Counted from the first letter of the stretch, positions 35,554-44,087 are shown. The stretch is 49,865 bases of DNA from Paracoccaceae bacterium (GCA_038134005.1 JAYPUL010000019.1:1-49865); one strand, 5' to 3'. A program made the numbers and translations. Notes: generated from the sequence alone by a model not told the origin.

Positions 35554-35575
35554 TTGGGCCCCAATTGATGGGTGT

Positions 35576-36964
35576 TTATTTCACGTTTTTGGCCGTGGAT
35601 AAGTTTCGGTCATAGTCAAGCCGTTTGGCATATTCCATTGTCAACAGCTGTTGCAAAAGTTGCGCTTCGCTGTCGCTTCCGGTGGGGGTGCCGCTTTCGT
35701 TAGAGCCAAAAACATACATAGGCACATTGCGTTTAGCATAGGCATCTGCCCAGACTTTTTGAATTCTAATTTCAGCGTCAAGATTTTGTGCCAAAGCGTT
35801 ATCTGCGTCTAATACCGCAGCTTTTGCATAGGCTTCTGCGTCTGCCGCAACCTTGACAGCTTTTGCGTCGATTTCTGCTTTTTCTAATAAGACCTGAGAT
35901 CGATCACGATCAATGACAGCTTGTTCTTTTAATTTTTGGGCTGCGGTAATTGCCAATTGCTTTTCAGTTTCCGCGTTTGTCGTTTGTTCAATCTGTTTCA
36001 CCTTCGCTTGCGCTTGGCGTTGTGCGACTTCACGTTCGCCCTTTGCGATGGCCAACAGGCGCTGTTCTTCTTCTTGTATAGGCTGTTCGCGCGCGATTGA
36101 TCGATCTGCCGCGGCCTGTTGTCTTAGTCGCATCCGTTTTTTGAATTCTTCGTTAGGGTCGACATCCGTCACGCATGCGGATGTAACGCTGATGCCAAAT
36201 TTGCTAAAGCATTGTTCTTTGCGTTGGGGCTGACCGGTTTCATCCAATATTTTTTTCACGCTAAAGACCGTTTTTGTTTGATCGCCATATTCTTGTTGTT
36301 GCGTTCCAAGCGCTGCGTTTGCAGTTGCTGAGGTCGGTTCTTCAACGCGGACCTGTTCTTCGACGCGGCGCACGATGTAGATCCCGGATTCCATTTGACG
36401 TTGGAATTCGTTATTGAACTCTGTTTTGCCACCTTGGAAATAATCCTCGGCCGACATCAACGCCGCGGTCGCGCCAATTGTTTCTTGGAACGCTGGAATT
36501 AATTCGGTACGCAAAAGGTTTTCTGGTGTCCGATAGAGGCGGGCCATTTTTAAAAATGCGTCTTGATCAGTTGGTAATTCAAATCGCGCGGTCGCAGTTA
36601 CGTGCGCATCTACCTGATCTAAAAATACCAATGATTTTGCTGCAAGGCTTGCGGACATTGCAGAATGTGCTTCGTCTTCTGCATTGACCCACCCGCTGCC
36701 ACCATGGGTGGCCTGGACAGACATTGCGTTTTTCCACGCGTTTACGCGTCCGAAAAGGTACGAGTTGTATCCAGTGTCAGATACCATTTTTTCTTGACCC
36801 GTGATCGTGCGAACATGATATTTAAATCCAGGTTCTGCATAGAAAAAAATGCCATTAAACAACGAAAATGCAAACCACGCTGCCGACAACACATATCCAA
36901 CATATGCGAATGCTTTCAGGCGTTGTTCAATCTGTGGAATAGACTTTGTTAATGCCCACACCAA
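35576..36964 (-). CDS. SPFH/band-7 (stomatin/flotillin-like) domain membrane protein with a long C-terminal coiled-coil
   Basis: 462 aa (TTG start in the track). N-terminal TM helix, a central SPFH-like region, then an Ala/Glu/Lys/Gln-rich coiled-coil ('...EQRLLAIAKGEREVAQRQAQAKVKQIEQ...'). Confidence 0.5.
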   Translation of the reverse strand: MVWALTKSIPQIEQRLKAFAYVGYVLSAAWFAFSLFNGIFFYAEPGFKYHVRTITGQEKMVSDTGYNSYLFGRVNAWKNAMSVQATHGGSGWVNAEDEAHSAMSASLAAKSLVFLDQVDAHVTATARFELPTDQDAFLKMARLYRTPENLLRTELIPAFQETIGATAALMSAEDYFQGGKTEFNNEFQRQMESGIYIVRRVEEQVRVEEPTSATANAALGTQQQEYGDQTKTVFSVKKILDETGQPQRKEQCFSKFGISVTSACVTDVDPNEEFKKRMRLRQQAAADRSIAREQPIQEEEQRLLAIAKGEREVAQRQAQAKVKQIEQTTNAETEKQLAITAAQKLKEQAVIDRDRSQVLLEKAEIDAKAVKVAADAEAYAKAAVLDADNALAQNLDAEIRIQKVWADAYAKRNVPMYVFGSNESGTPTGSDSEAQLLQQLLTMEYAKRLDYDRNLSTAKNVK

Positions 36965-37064
36965 TAATAATCCGATTATTGATAAAATTAATCCCGTCGT
37001 GGTGACCTCCTGAAATTAATACAACTTTAGGCAGGTAACGTTTTTGTGATTTTCAAGAGAAAGT

Positions 37065-37090
37065 GGGGTCCCAGCCCCCGCTGGAACCCC
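37065..37090. other. GC-rich hairpin in the 436-bp divergent intergenic region
   Basis: 11-bp stem GGGGTCCCAGC/GCTGGaACCCC (one mismatch) with loop CCCC. Not positioned as a terminator for any flanking gene. Confidence 0.35.
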
Positions 37091-37400
37091 TGTCACCCCA
37101 CGCGCTCCCACAAACACGTTGGTTAAGGATCCAGCCGTCCTAGCCGATAAAAATACGATAACTGATCTTGCGATCTGTTCCAAGAAAAGCTTAGATCAAA
37201 ATTGAATAAAAGGCGCGGTGACTTTTTGGTCTTGGATGCGGTCTTGTACCGAAATTGTAACAGACGAAACGTCAACCATTGCTTTTTGATCAAATTCTGA
37301 ATTATCTTCCAGCGGAGGACATTCGGATTATGTTGATCGCAATTGGAAACATCAGAATCGGGCGATCACATGGCCAGATTTATACAGACAGGGGATTGTT

Positions 37401-38267
37401 ATGAATTATCATACGCCATCTAGCTTTTCGGACGCGGCGCAAATCGCATACGGAACTACGGGTGTGACGCGCTTTTTGGCAGGCGGAACAGATGTGTTGG
37501 TCCAGATGCGTGCAGGCGCAGTGACGCCTGACGATATAATTGACATTAAACACATCGACGGTGTTGGTGACATCACACGTACCGCTGATGGGGGTTTCGT
37601 CATTGGCGCGGCTGTTTCTGGTGCACAAATGGGGGCGCATGCGGATTTAGTTGCAGCATGGCCCGGCGTTGTCGAAGGTATGGAATTGGTTGGATCCACC
37701 CAGGTACAAGGACGCGCCACATTGACGGGAAATCTTTGCAATGGATCGCCCGCCGCTGATAGCGTTCCAGGAATGGTTGCCGCCGGTGCAACCGTGAAGG
37801 TTGTGGGCGTAAATGGCGCGCGTGATGTTGCGATAGAAGACATTCCAGCGGGCCCAGGTCGGTCAAACCTCGTTAAAGGTGACGTGATTGCATCAATTAC
37901 TCTACCCGCCCGCGGACAGGGTGGCGGTGATGCGTATCTACGATTCACGCCGCGCACTGAAATGGATATTGCTGTTGTTGGGTGCGCGATAAACTTGACG
38001 GTTGATGGCGATACGATCACTTCGGCACGTGTTGCGTTGGGGGCGGTTGCGCCGACTGTAATTTTGGTGCCTGACGCCGCGAACGCCATAGTCGGGACAA
38101 CTTTGGATGACGCAGCCATCGCATCATTGATCGATGCGGTAAGCGCGGCAGCCAAACCTATTTCAGATAAACGCGGCACGGCAGAGTTCCGCAAAGACGT
38201 TGTTGGCGTTTTGGCCAAGCGTGTTGCAAAAATCGCCTATGCGCGCGCTAAAGGAGAAGCAGTATGA
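37401..38267 (+). CDS. FAD-binding medium subunit of a xanthine dehydrogenase/aldehyde oxidase-family molybdenum hydroxylase (CoxM/CutM-like)
   Basis: 288 aa with an FAD-binding PCMH-type domain ('...FLAGGTDVLVQMR...') and a CO-dehydrogenase-flavoprotein C-terminal-like domain. Stop overlaps the small-subunit start. Confidence 0.8.
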   Translation: MNYHTPSSFSDAAQIAYGTTGVTRFLAGGTDVLVQMRAGAVTPDDIIDIKHIDGVGDITRTADGGFVIGAAVSGAQMGAHADLVAAWPGVVEGMELVGSTQVQGRATLTGNLCNGSPAADSVPGMVAAGATVKVVGVNGARDVAIEDIPAGPGRSNLVKGDVIASITLPARGQGGGDAYLRFTPRTEMDIAVVGCAINLTVDGDTITSARVALGAVAPTVILVPDAANAIVGTTLDDAAIASLIDAVSAAAKPISDKRGTAEFRKDVVGVLAKRVAKIAYARAKGEAV

Positions 38268-38743
38268 GCAAAGTACATGTATCCACCACTGTAAACGGTG
38301 AAGCGGTCGAATTTTTGGCTGATACACGTGACAGTCTGTTGGACAGCCTGCGTGATAGTCTGGGATTAACAGGCACAAAAGAAGGATGTGGTACCGGGGA
38401 CTGTGGTGCCTGTTCTGTGCGCGTCGATGGCACGTTGGTGTGTTCCTGTTTGATGTTGGGCGTGGAAGCGCAAGGCAAGGAAATCGAAACAATCGAAGGC
38501 ATGGCAAGCGGCGATACATTGCACCCCTTGCAACAAAAGTTCATTGAACATGCCGCATTGCAATGTGGTTTCTGCACACCAGGCATTTTGGTTGCATCAA
38601 AAGCTTTGTTGGAAAAAAATCCTGATCCAACCGAAGAAGAAGTGCGTTATTGGTTGGCGGGCAATCTGTGCCGCTGCACTGGTTACGATAAAATTATTCG
38701 CGCGGTCATGGATGCCGCCGAAGAAATGCGGGGGGCTGCATAA
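38264..38743 (+). CDS. [2Fe-2S]-binding small subunit (CoxS/CutS-like)
   Basis: 159 aa. Plant-type ferredoxin motif 'CGTGDCGACSV' and the second 2Fe-2S motif 'CGFCTPG...CRCTGY'. Confidence 0.85.
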   Translation: MSKVHVSTTVNGEAVEFLADTRDSLLDSLRDSLGLTGTKEGCGTGDCGACSVRVDGTLVCSCLMLGVEAQGKEIETIEGMASGDTLHPLQQKFIEHAALQCGFCTPGILVASKALLEKNPDPTEEEVRYWLAGNLCRCTGYDKIIRAVMDAAEEMRGAA

Positions 38744-40983
38744 TGGCTAAAGATACCAACACATCCGATTTCCGTTATATTGGTTCGCGCCCTGCGCGCC
38801 CTGATGGATTGGACAAAGTCACCGGTCGCGCCCGTTATGGTGCGGATATTGCGGCCGCGAACATGTTGCACGCGGCAGTTTTACGATCACCACATGCCCA
38901 CGCGCGGATTGTGAAAATTGACACATCCAAAGTCGAAGCATTGAAAGGTGTGAAAGCGATCGTGACGCGTGCCGATTTTCCAACTGGTTTGACAGGCGAA
39001 GATTGGGATTTGCAAGAAAACACGATGGCGGGTGAGCGTGCTTTGTATGATGGGCATGCGGTTGCCGCGATTGCTGCGACATCGCCTCATATTGCGCGTG
39101 ATGCTGTCAAATTGATCGAGGTCGAATATGAAATTCTACCACATGTAATCGATGTCGATGACGCAATGGCGGATGGTGCGCCCGTTATTCGTGAAGGTGC
39201 TGCGAACAAAACCGTTCCAGAAGGCATGCATCCAAATGTTGTGAAATACATCGAATTTGGTCACGGTGATGTGGAAGATGGCTTTGCCAAGGCTGATTTG
39301 GTGATGGAACGTCACTATAAAACCGAAGCCACGCACCAAGGTTACATTGAACCCCATGCATGTATGGCCCAATTGGGCGCCGATGGCAAAGGTGAGATGT
39401 GGGTTTGTACGCAAGGGCATTGGTACATCCGTCGCATGTGTGCAGCCGTATTAGGGCTGGATACAGCGCAACTGCGTGTGACCGCTTCTGAAATCGGTGG
39501 CGGTTTTGGCGGGAAAACCACGATCTTTATGGAGCCTTTAGCGCTTGCGCTTAGCCGTAAATCTGGCGGGCGCCCGGTAAAGTTGGTTATGTCACGTTCT
39601 GAAGTTTTGCGCGCAACAGGCCCAACGGCGTCTGCGTCGATGGATGTGAAAATCGGCATGACCAAAGATGGCATGTTAACTGCGGGCGTTGCGAATTTCC
39701 GCATGCAGGGCGGCGCTTTCCCGGGGTCGCCGGTGGATATGGCGCTTTATTGTGCGTTTGCACCTTATCAGGTGCCAGCATTGCAACACATTGGGTATGA
39801 CGTTTTGGCAAACCGTCCAAAATGTGCCGCTTACCGTGCGCCCGGGTCCCCCATGGGTGCCTTTGCGGTCGAAAGCTTGATTGACGAAATGGCGACTGAA
39901 CTTGGGTTGGACCCAATGCAGGTCCGCATGAAAAACGGATCAAAATCAGGTGACCAATCCAGCTATGGTCCCAAATTCGGCGTCATCGGATTAGAAGAAA
40001 CTTTGGCCGCAACCCAAGCACATCCAAACCTATCTTTCCCGCTTGGTCCTAACCAAGGGCGTGGCATTGCGGCCGGTTATTGGTTTAACCATGGTGGGGA
40101 AACCTCGGTCTCTGTTGCGTTGTCCGAAGATGGCACGGTTCAGGTGTCTGTTGGCACCCCCGACATCGGCGGAAGCCGTGCATCAATGGCATTGATGGCG
40201 GCCGAAACATTGGGGATCCCCTATGAAAATGTCCGCGTCAATATTGCGGAAACGGGATCTTTGGGTGTCAATGAACCCACCCACGGCAGCCGAGCGACAT
40301 TTGCATCAGGAAAAGCGATGCATGGTGCATTGACCCAAGCGATCAATGAAATGTGCCGCCGTGCAGCGGGTAAATGGAAAATCGATCCCGAGGCCGTCGA
40401 ATGGAAAGACGGCGCAGCCGTCCCCGCCGGGCCAAACGCGGGGCAGTTTCCACCGATGACAATCCAAGAGATTGCGCGCAAAATGAAAAACACCGGTGGT
40501 CCAATTTCTGGTCACCATGAATCGGTTCCAGACGGGGTTGGCGACAGCTTTGGCGCGCACGTTGTTGACGTCGAAGTTGATCCAGAAACCGGTCATACAA
40601 AAATCCTGCGTTACTTGGTCGTCCAAGACGCAGGCCGTGCGATCCACCCGTCCTATGTCGAAGGCCAATACCAAGGTGGCGCGGTTCAAGGCATCGGTTG
40701 GGCGTTGAACGAAGAATACGTTTATGACGATATGGGGCGTTTGCAAAACCCAATCTTCTTGGATTACCGCGTGCCTGTGGCGTCCGATTTGCCCATGATT
40801 GACACCGTGATTGTCGAGGTTCCAAACCCTGGCCATCCATTTGGTGTGCGTGGTGTCGGTGAAACGGGGATCACCCCGCCATTGCCTGCGATTGCGAACG
40901 CTGTTGCTGCCGCGACGGGCGTACGCATCCGCCATTTGCCAATTACACCAACAAAATTGTTGGCTGCAATTAAGGCAAAATAA
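38743..40983 (+). CDS. Molybdopterin-binding large subunit of a xanthine dehydrogenase-family enzyme (not a form-I CO dehydrogenase)
   Basis: 746 aa. 'GGGFGGK' Mo-cofactor motif ('EIGGGFGGKTT'). It has 'AYRAPG' where bona fide CoxL has the AYXCSFR active-site loop, so the substrate is unknown (aldehyde or N-heterocycle). Confidence 0.8.
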   Translation: MAKDTNTSDFRYIGSRPARPDGLDKVTGRARYGADIAAANMLHAAVLRSPHAHARIVKIDTSKVEALKGVKAIVTRADFPTGLTGEDWDLQENTMAGERALYDGHAVAAIAATSPHIARDAVKLIEVEYEILPHVIDVDDAMADGAPVIREGAANKTVPEGMHPNVVKYIEFGHGDVEDGFAKADLVMERHYKTEATHQGYIEPHACMAQLGADGKGEMWVCTQGHWYIRRMCAAVLGLDTAQLRVTASEIGGGFGGKTTIFMEPLALALSRKSGGRPVKLVMSRSEVLRATGPTASASMDVKIGMTKDGMLTAGVANFRMQGGAFPGSPVDMALYCAFAPYQVPALQHIGYDVLANRPKCAAYRAPGSPMGAFAVESLIDEMATELGLDPMQVRMKNGSKSGDQSSYGPKFGVIGLEETLAATQAHPNLSFPLGPNQGRGIAAGYWFNHGGETSVSVALSEDGTVQVSVGTPDIGGSRASMALMAAETLGIPYENVRVNIAETGSLGVNEPTHGSRATFASGKAMHGALTQAINEMCRRAAGKWKIDPEAVEWKDGAAVPAGPNAGQFPPMTIQEIARKMKNTGGPISGHHESVPDGVGDSFGAHVVDVEVDPETGHTKILRYLVVQDAGRAIHPSYVEGQYQGGAVQGIGWALNEEYVYDDMGRLQNPIFLDYRVPVASDLPMIDTVIVEVPNPGHPFGVRGVGETGITPPLPAIANAVAAATGVRIRHLPITPTKLLAAIKAK

Positions 40984-40984
40984 C

Positions 40985-41230
40985 ATGGTGACGGTGAACC
41001 TGTGGTCTGGGTTGCGACGTTTTACGGATGGCGAATTAGCGATCCAAGTCGAAGCGCAGACCATTGGCGATATGCTAGATGCCTTGGTCGGGAAATATCC
41101 CGGCCTTGGCCCTATTTTTGAAGACGGAATTTCGGTTGCTATCGATGGTGATGTGATGCCGGCCGACACAAGCAAATCAATTTCCCCAGAAAACGAAATC
41201 TTTCTGTTACAACAAATGAAGGGCGGTTAA
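40985..41230 (+). CDS. MoaD/ThiS-family ubiquitin-like sulfur-carrier protein (C-terminal Gly-Gly)
   Basis: 81 aa 'MVTVNLWSGLRRFTDGELAIQVEAQTIGDMLDALVGKYPGLGPIFEDG...IFLLQQMKGG', which is the MoaD pattern with a GG terminus. ATG 40985 lies 1 nt after the large-subunit stop. The track ORF 40811..41230 is an upstream in-frame extension overlapping coxL. Confidence 0.7.
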   Translation: MVTVNLWSGLRRFTDGELAIQVEAQTIGDMLDALVGKYPGLGPIFEDGISVAIDGDVMPADTSKSISPENEIFLLQQMKGG

Positions 41231-41330
41231 AGAACCGCCAATTTGTCGCAGATCTTTCCGTGATTTAAATATATTAAAAATTGAATATGTATTTTATGTA
41301 TAGGTCATAATTTAAGGTTAGGAGACCAAA

Positions 41331-41687
41331 ATGGCCTATACAACAAAATTCCAAGCGATGGCCGATGCGGCGTGTGCGCGTGTCGAAAACGTAAATCCCG
41401 AAGATGTTGCCACATTGTTGGCCGCGGGCGCGTTTGCATTGGACATTCGTGATCCAGACGAACATGCGAACGGTCATATTCCGTCTTCGATTAACGTAAG
41501 CCGCGGCAAGCTAGAAATGAACATCGAAGGCGTGCTGCCAGATCTTGATACGGTTATCTTATGTTATTGTAACGCAAACAATCGTGGTGCTTTGTCTGCG
41601 GCCAGTTTGAAAGACATGGGTTATTCAAATGCAAAGTTCATCTCCGGTGGCCTGAACGCATGGAAAAAGTTAAACGACATCGCCTAG
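41331..41687 (+). CDS. Single-domain rhodanese (sulfurtransferase)
   Basis: 118 aa with the active-site Cys loop '...ILCYCNANNRGALSAA...'. SD AGGAGA. Preceded by a 100-bp AT-rich promoter-like region. Confidence 0.75.
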   Translation: MAYTTKFQAMADAACARVENVNPEDVATLLAAGAFALDIRDPDEHANGHIPSSINVSRGKLEMNIEGVLPDLDTVILCYCNANNRGALSAASLKDMGYSNAKFISGGLNAWKKLNDIA

Positions 41688-41792
41688 ACGAAAACGAACG
41701 GGGACCTGAACGATTTTATTCCCGTACCCAAAATCAATGAAAAATGTCCTTACTTACCTACGGCGATTGGTCCGTGGGTAAGGGGGAATTAA

Positions 41793-42479
41793 ATGAAAAA
41801 GCTCTTAGCAGAATTTTTTGGTACGTTTTGGTTGGTTTTTGGGGGATGTGGCAGCGCGGTTTTGGCTGCTGCTTTTCCGGACGTTGGAATTGGTCTTTTA
41901 GGGGTATCGATCGCATTTGGTTTGACTGTGCTAACCATGGCCTATGCGGTTGGCGGAATATCGGGCGGGCATTTTAATCCCGCGGTTTCTTTGGGATTGG
42001 CCGTCGCAGGCCGTTTCCAGATGTCGTCACTGTTGTCTTATTGGGCGGCACAAGTCGCTGGCGCCATCGCTGCGGCATTTGTCTTGTTTGTTATTGTTTC
42101 GGGTCAAGCCGACTTTGGCGGTGTTGGCGGGTTTGCATCCAATGGATTTGGCAGCGCATCCCCAGGCGGGTTTTCAATGACCTCAGCCTTAATCATGGAA
42201 GTTGTCATGACCGCGGCATTTTTGATCATCATATTGGGCGCAACTGCATCAGGCATTCCCGCTGGATTTGCGCCAATTGCAACTGGTTTGGGTTTAACCC
42301 TGATCCATCTGGTGTCGATCCCGGTAACCAATACATCCGTGAATCCTGCGCGTTCAACCGGCGTCGCATTGTTTGCAGATGGCCCAGCGCTAACCCAGCT
42401 GTGGCTATTTTGGATTGCACCTTTGGTTGGCGCCGCGATTGGCGCGTTGATCTGGAAATCGCTTTTATCTGACGATTAA
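41793..42479 (+). CDS. aqpZ: Aquaporin Z (MIP family water channel)
   Basis: 228 aa with two NPA motifs ('GGHFNPAVS', 'TSVNPARS') and six TM helices. N-terminus '[23 protein letters not shown]' is AqpZ-like. Confidence 0.9.
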   Translation: MKKLLAEFFGTFWLVFGGCGSAVLAAAFPDVGIGLLGVSIAFGLTVLTMAYAVGGISGGHFNPAVSLGLAVAGRFQMSSLLSYWAAQVAGAIAAAFVLFVIVSGQADFGGVGGFASNGFGSASPGGFSMTSALIMEVVMTAAFLIIILGATASGIPAGFAPIATGLGLTLIHLVSIPVTNTSVNPARSTGVALFADGPALTQLWLFWIAPLVGAAIGALIWKSLLSDD

Positions 42480-42573
42480 TGTGGTTGAAATTTCTGATTG
42501 GCCCGTCCGTTGCGGCGGGCCTTTTCCTTTTGATGAAATGGGAATAGGGTTTTAAAAAATCAAGGAGGATCCC

Positions 42574-43335
42574 ATGCAGCACAAAGATTTCGCGCGTTAC
42601 CCCAGTTTGAACGGAAAGACTGTTTTTGTTACGGGCGGTGCGTCAGGCATCGGCGCAGATATTGTGCGTGCTTTCGCAGATCAAGGTGCAAAGGTTGGTT
42701 TTGTTGATTTGAACGCGGAAGCGGGAGACGCGATGTTAGGCAACATTGGGCCCGATCATGCGTTTGAATGTTGTGATCTGCGCGACATAGATGCGTTACG
42801 TGCCGCGTTTTCGTCCATGGCTGGTAAATTGGGCGATGCGTCGGTTTTGGTAAATAATGCCGCGCGCGATGACAGGCACGATTGGCGTTATGTGACGCCA
42901 GAGTATTGGGATGATCGATATAATACCAACCTACGGCACATGTTTTTTGCAATCCAATCGGTTGCTCCGGGAATGATCGCGGCAGGTGGTGGGTCGATTA
43001 TCAATATGGGATCAAACAGTTGGTGGGAAGCAGGTGGCGGTTTTCCTGCCTATACTTCGGCCAAGGCAGCAGTTCATGGCCTAACCCGGACCATGGCACG
43101 CGACCTTGGGGGGCACCGCATTCGTGTAAATACTGTTGTGCCAGGTTGGGTCATGACCGAACGGCAAAAAGAATTATGGGTGACGCCAGAAGCCTTGGAT
43201 AAACAATTGGCGCGCCAATGTTTACCCGATCCGATTGATCCAATCTATCTGGCGCGGATGGTATTGTTTTTGGCATCCGACGACTCTGCGATGTGTAGCG
43301 CCAATAATTTCATGGTCGAAGCTGGATCAATTTGA
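42574..43335 (+). CDS. SDR-family short-chain dehydrogenase/reductase
   Basis: 253 aa. 'TGGASGIG' NAD(P)-binding motif, 'NNAA' and the catalytic 'YTSAKAA' (YxxxK). SD AGGAGGA. Confidence 0.85.
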   Translation: MQHKDFARYPSLNGKTVFVTGGASGIGADIVRAFADQGAKVGFVDLNAEAGDAMLGNIGPDHAFECCDLRDIDALRAAFSSMAGKLGDASVLVNNAARDDRHDWRYVTPEYWDDRYNTNLRHMFFAIQSVAPGMIAAGGGSIINMGSNSWWEAGGGFPAYTSAKAAVHGLTRTMARDLGGHRIRVNTVVPGWVMTERQKELWVTPEALDKQLARQCLPDPIDPIYLARMVLFLASDDSAMCSANNFMVEAGSI

Positions 43336-43336
43336 T

Positions 43337-43401
43337 GTCCGATCATTTATGATCGGACCAACGCGGGGACTGCCGTCCCCGCACCCCTGCGAGTATTTTT
43401 T
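43337..43401 (+). terminator. Two tandem perfect hairpins between convergent genes (terminator region)
   Basis: GTCCGATCAT-tt-ATGATCGGAC (perfect 10 bp, 43337-43358) and GCGGGGAC-tgcc-GTCCCCGC (perfect 8 bp, 43363-43382), then a T-run at 43396-43401. Confidence 0.55.
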
Positions 43402-43415
43402 CAAAGATGAAAGAT

Positions 43416-44087
43416 TTAGAAAAAGCTGCTAATCACGTCCAGTGATTTTTTTCGTTTGGCAGCAGCGGGAATGGTCGCCGTTTCGGTGGGGTACCCCACG
43501 GGAATAACCATGACCGGTTTTTCATTGATCGGACGATTGCACAATGTGTTCAGAAACTTCATCGGGTTCGGGGTATGTTCTAAACAAACCAGACCTGCGT
43601 TGTGAATCGCCGCAATGAGAAAGCCAAGTGCGATGCCGACGCTTTCGTTGATGTAATAATTTTTATAGCGTGATCCATCGGGATTCAGTCCGTATCGTTC
43701 GGCAAAGACAACGATCAGCCAGGGCGCGTCGGTCAAGTGGGGTTTGTCAACACCGGTGCCAATGGGTTCGAGGGCCGATAGCCATTCATCGCCAGCGCCC
43801 CCTTCATAGAACGACTTTTCTTCTTCTTCGGCAGCGGCGCGAATTTGCGCTTTCATGTCTGGATCAGAAACAGCCACGAAGTGCCATGGTTGGCGGTTCG
43901 CACCCGATGGCGCGCTTGCGGCAGTTGCAATAATGTTTTCGATGACGGCACGGGGGACGTCGGTTTTTTCATACTCACGAACAGAATGGCGTTTTTTCAT
44001 GTAGGACAAAAAGCTTGTCGATGCTTCGATTGCTTCTTCGGGACTAAGTTGGACGCGGTCGGGCAGGGAAAGCGGTTCATATGACAT
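43416..44087 (-). CDS. Nitroreductase-family flavoprotein (iodotyrosine-deiodinase/BluB-like subgroup)
   Basis: 223 aa with nitroreductase-fold signatures ('...RHSVREY...', '...SGANRQPWHFVAV...'). Confidence 0.7.
   Translation of the reverse strand: MSYEPLSLPDRVQLSPEEAIEASTSFLSYMKKRHSVREYEKTDVPRAVIENIIATAASAPSGANRQPWHFVAVSDPDMKAQIRAAAEEEEKSFYEGGAGDEWLSALEPIGTGVDKPHLTDAPWLIVVFAERYGLNPDGSRYKNYYINESVGIALGFLIAAIHNAGLVCLEHTPNPMKFLNTLCNRPINEKPVMVIPVGYPTETATIPAAAKRKKSLDVISSFF

Noticed and set aside
35479-35622. 47-codon plus-strand ORF (MRRFNIFYLLYPVAKARIKMRLWAPIDGCLFHVFGRG) inside the structured intergenic region
   Set aside because: It has no SD and overlaps the hairpins and the 3' end of the SPFH gene. 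Most likely a chance ORF in AT-rich structured DNA.
37409-38218. 269-aa minus-strand ORF
   Set aside because: Antisense to the FAD-binding medium subunit gene, with Ala/Pro/Thr-rich low complexity.
37401-40983. Aerobic carbon monoxide dehydrogenase (CoxMSL) identity for the molybdoenzyme operon
   Set aside because: The large subunit has 'AYRAPG' where form-I CODH has the AYXCSFR active-site loop, and no coxDEFG accessory genes follow. It is called a generic XDH/aldehyde-oxidase-family enzyme instead.
40306-41175. 289-aa minus-strand ORF, and the 165-aa ORF 40343..40840
   Set aside because: Antisense to the molybdoenzyme large-subunit gene and to the MoaD-like gene. Arg/Pro-rich low-complexity translations.
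40811-41230. 139-aa plus-strand ORF as given in the ORF track
   Set aside because: Only the last 81 codons (from ATG 40985) look like a real protein (MoaD/ThiS-like). The upstream in-frame part overlaps the coxL 3' end and has no family features, so the call was shortened.
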